A stretch of DNA of 64,000 nucleotides, taken from NCBI GenBank assembly GCA_963721365.1, contig CAVRJE010000023.1, positions 177,656 to 241,655 on the forward strand, given 5' to 3'. The position numbers were made by a program, and so were the translations under genes. The stretch is from an uncultured Actinomycetota bacterium (GTDB lineage Bacteria > Actinomycetota > Thermoleophilia > RBG-16-64-13). Shown piece after piece: positions 60,185 through 64,000 of the stretch; position 1 is the first letter of the stretch, and the number at the start of each line of letters is the position of its first letter. Below the pieces are notes generated by a model. It searched no databases and was not told where the DNA came from. It saw nothing but the letters and a program-made list of their open reading frames with translations.

Positions 60185-61061
60185 CCCTGGCCGGCGGCTG
60201 GGCCGATCCCGAGCGAAGAGCGTCTGAGCGGTGAAGACGGGCCCTCCCGGCAGACTCTGGCCGCGCTGCCGTCCGCCAGCGGGATGACACAGCCGTGGCA
60301 CGATCCGACGCCGCAGGCCATCCCGGCCTCGAGGCTGAACCAGGCCTCCACGTCGGGGACAGCGTCGCAGACCCGCGCGACCGCCTCGCACATCGCCCAC
60401 GGTCCGCAGACCGCCAGCCGGTCGCCCGGACGGAGCTCGCGCTGCAGGGCCTCGGTGACCTTCTCGGCGCGGCCGAGGCAGCCATCTTCGGTGACCATCT
60501 CGGTGCGGCACATCACTCCGCGCTCCTGGAGGGCCGCGGCCGCGTCGACGACAGGCTCGGCGCCGGCGGCCTGGACGGCGTCCCGGAAGCCGAGCAATAC
60601 GAGGACTTCGGCCGCGTGCGCCGGCTCGCCGCCGTCTTCAAAGCCAAGCCAGGACAGCAGCAGCGGGAACGGTGCCGCGCCGACGCCACCGCCACCACCA
60701 CGACCGCTCCGGCCACCGGTCAGGGCACGCATATCGAAACCGTTACCGAGCGGCCCCAGCACCCAGACCCGCTCCCCCTCGCGCAGCGCGCACAGTTCAC
60801 GCGTCCCGTCCCGACCGGGGCGATGAGGAACGAGATGAGTTCTCGCCTCTTCCTGGGCTACCGAGAGCGGGCGGCCCAGGAAGCACCAGGAGTCCTCGGC
60901 CTGCAGCAGAGCGAACTGCCCGGGACGGGCGCCCGGCCAACCGGGGACCTCGAGAGTGAGCCATACCAGACTGCCGAGGGTCCGTTGCCGGCCACCTGGG
61001 CGAGCGACCGAACGGCGGGCAGTCCGCGCCGCCGGCTCCCGGGTGGTGCGGAGGCGAGCCT

Positions 61062-61065
<4 letters not shown>
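60181..61065 (-). pseudogene. pyrK: Dihydroorotate dehydrogenase electron-transfer subunit PyrK. The ORF is open but contains compensating frame changes.
   Basis: The 3-prime 295 codons of ORF 60181..61299, starting at GTG 61065: PGQFALLQ, GPLGNGFD, and a 2Fe-2S Cys cluster ACGVGSCHGCV. The segment at about 60804..60840 reads THLVPHRPGRD in frame but the conserved LISFLIAPVGTG in the +1 frame. Confidence 0.78.

Positions 61066-64000
<2,935 letters not shown>

Overview
High-GC (by eye roughly two-thirds G+C) bacterial chromosomal core region. I count 61 protein-coding genes, 57 of them co-directional on the minus strand. I recognised no rRNA, tRNA, CRISPR array or mobile element.

Gene order, reading the minus strand from 64 kb down to 1: carB-pyrK-pyrD-mihF-gmk-rpoZ-coaBC | plsX-acpP-rnc-smc-ftsY | ffh-rpsP-KH-rimM-trmD-lepB-rplS-lepB-rnhB | yraN-comM-dprA-xerC-whiG-like sigma-rpsB-tsf-pyrH-frr-uppS-cdsA-dxr-rseP-ispG-proS-rimP-nusA-ylxR-infB-DUF503-rbfA-nrnA-truB-ribF | small islet | rpsO-pnp-M16 peptidase-dapB-rnj-ftsK-selU-rodZ-rimO. 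The only plus-strand genes are an HhH-GPD glycosylase, an OmpR-type two-component pair and an RpoD-type sigma factor. The mIHF and whiG-type synteny combined with Bacillus-like operon order suggests a deep-branching actinobacterial lineage (inference).

The dominant unusual signal is technical or biological damage. About 28 of the 61 conserved genes, many of them essential, can only be read by changing frame one to more than ten times, and the breaks cluster in blocks. As a result many long ORFs in the supplied track are chimeras. I think consensus indel errors are the most likely cause.

I found no convincing novel multi-gene system. The most accessory-looking items are:
- a 3.3-kb islet between ribF and rpsO, carrying a giant secreted IPT/repeat/PG-binding/YkuD protein, a fumarase relic and a PPC protein
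- a lower-GC two-component islet with a phased TGAC operator
- duplicated lepB genes flanking rplS
- selU
- a leader terminator upstream of rimP-nusA-infB
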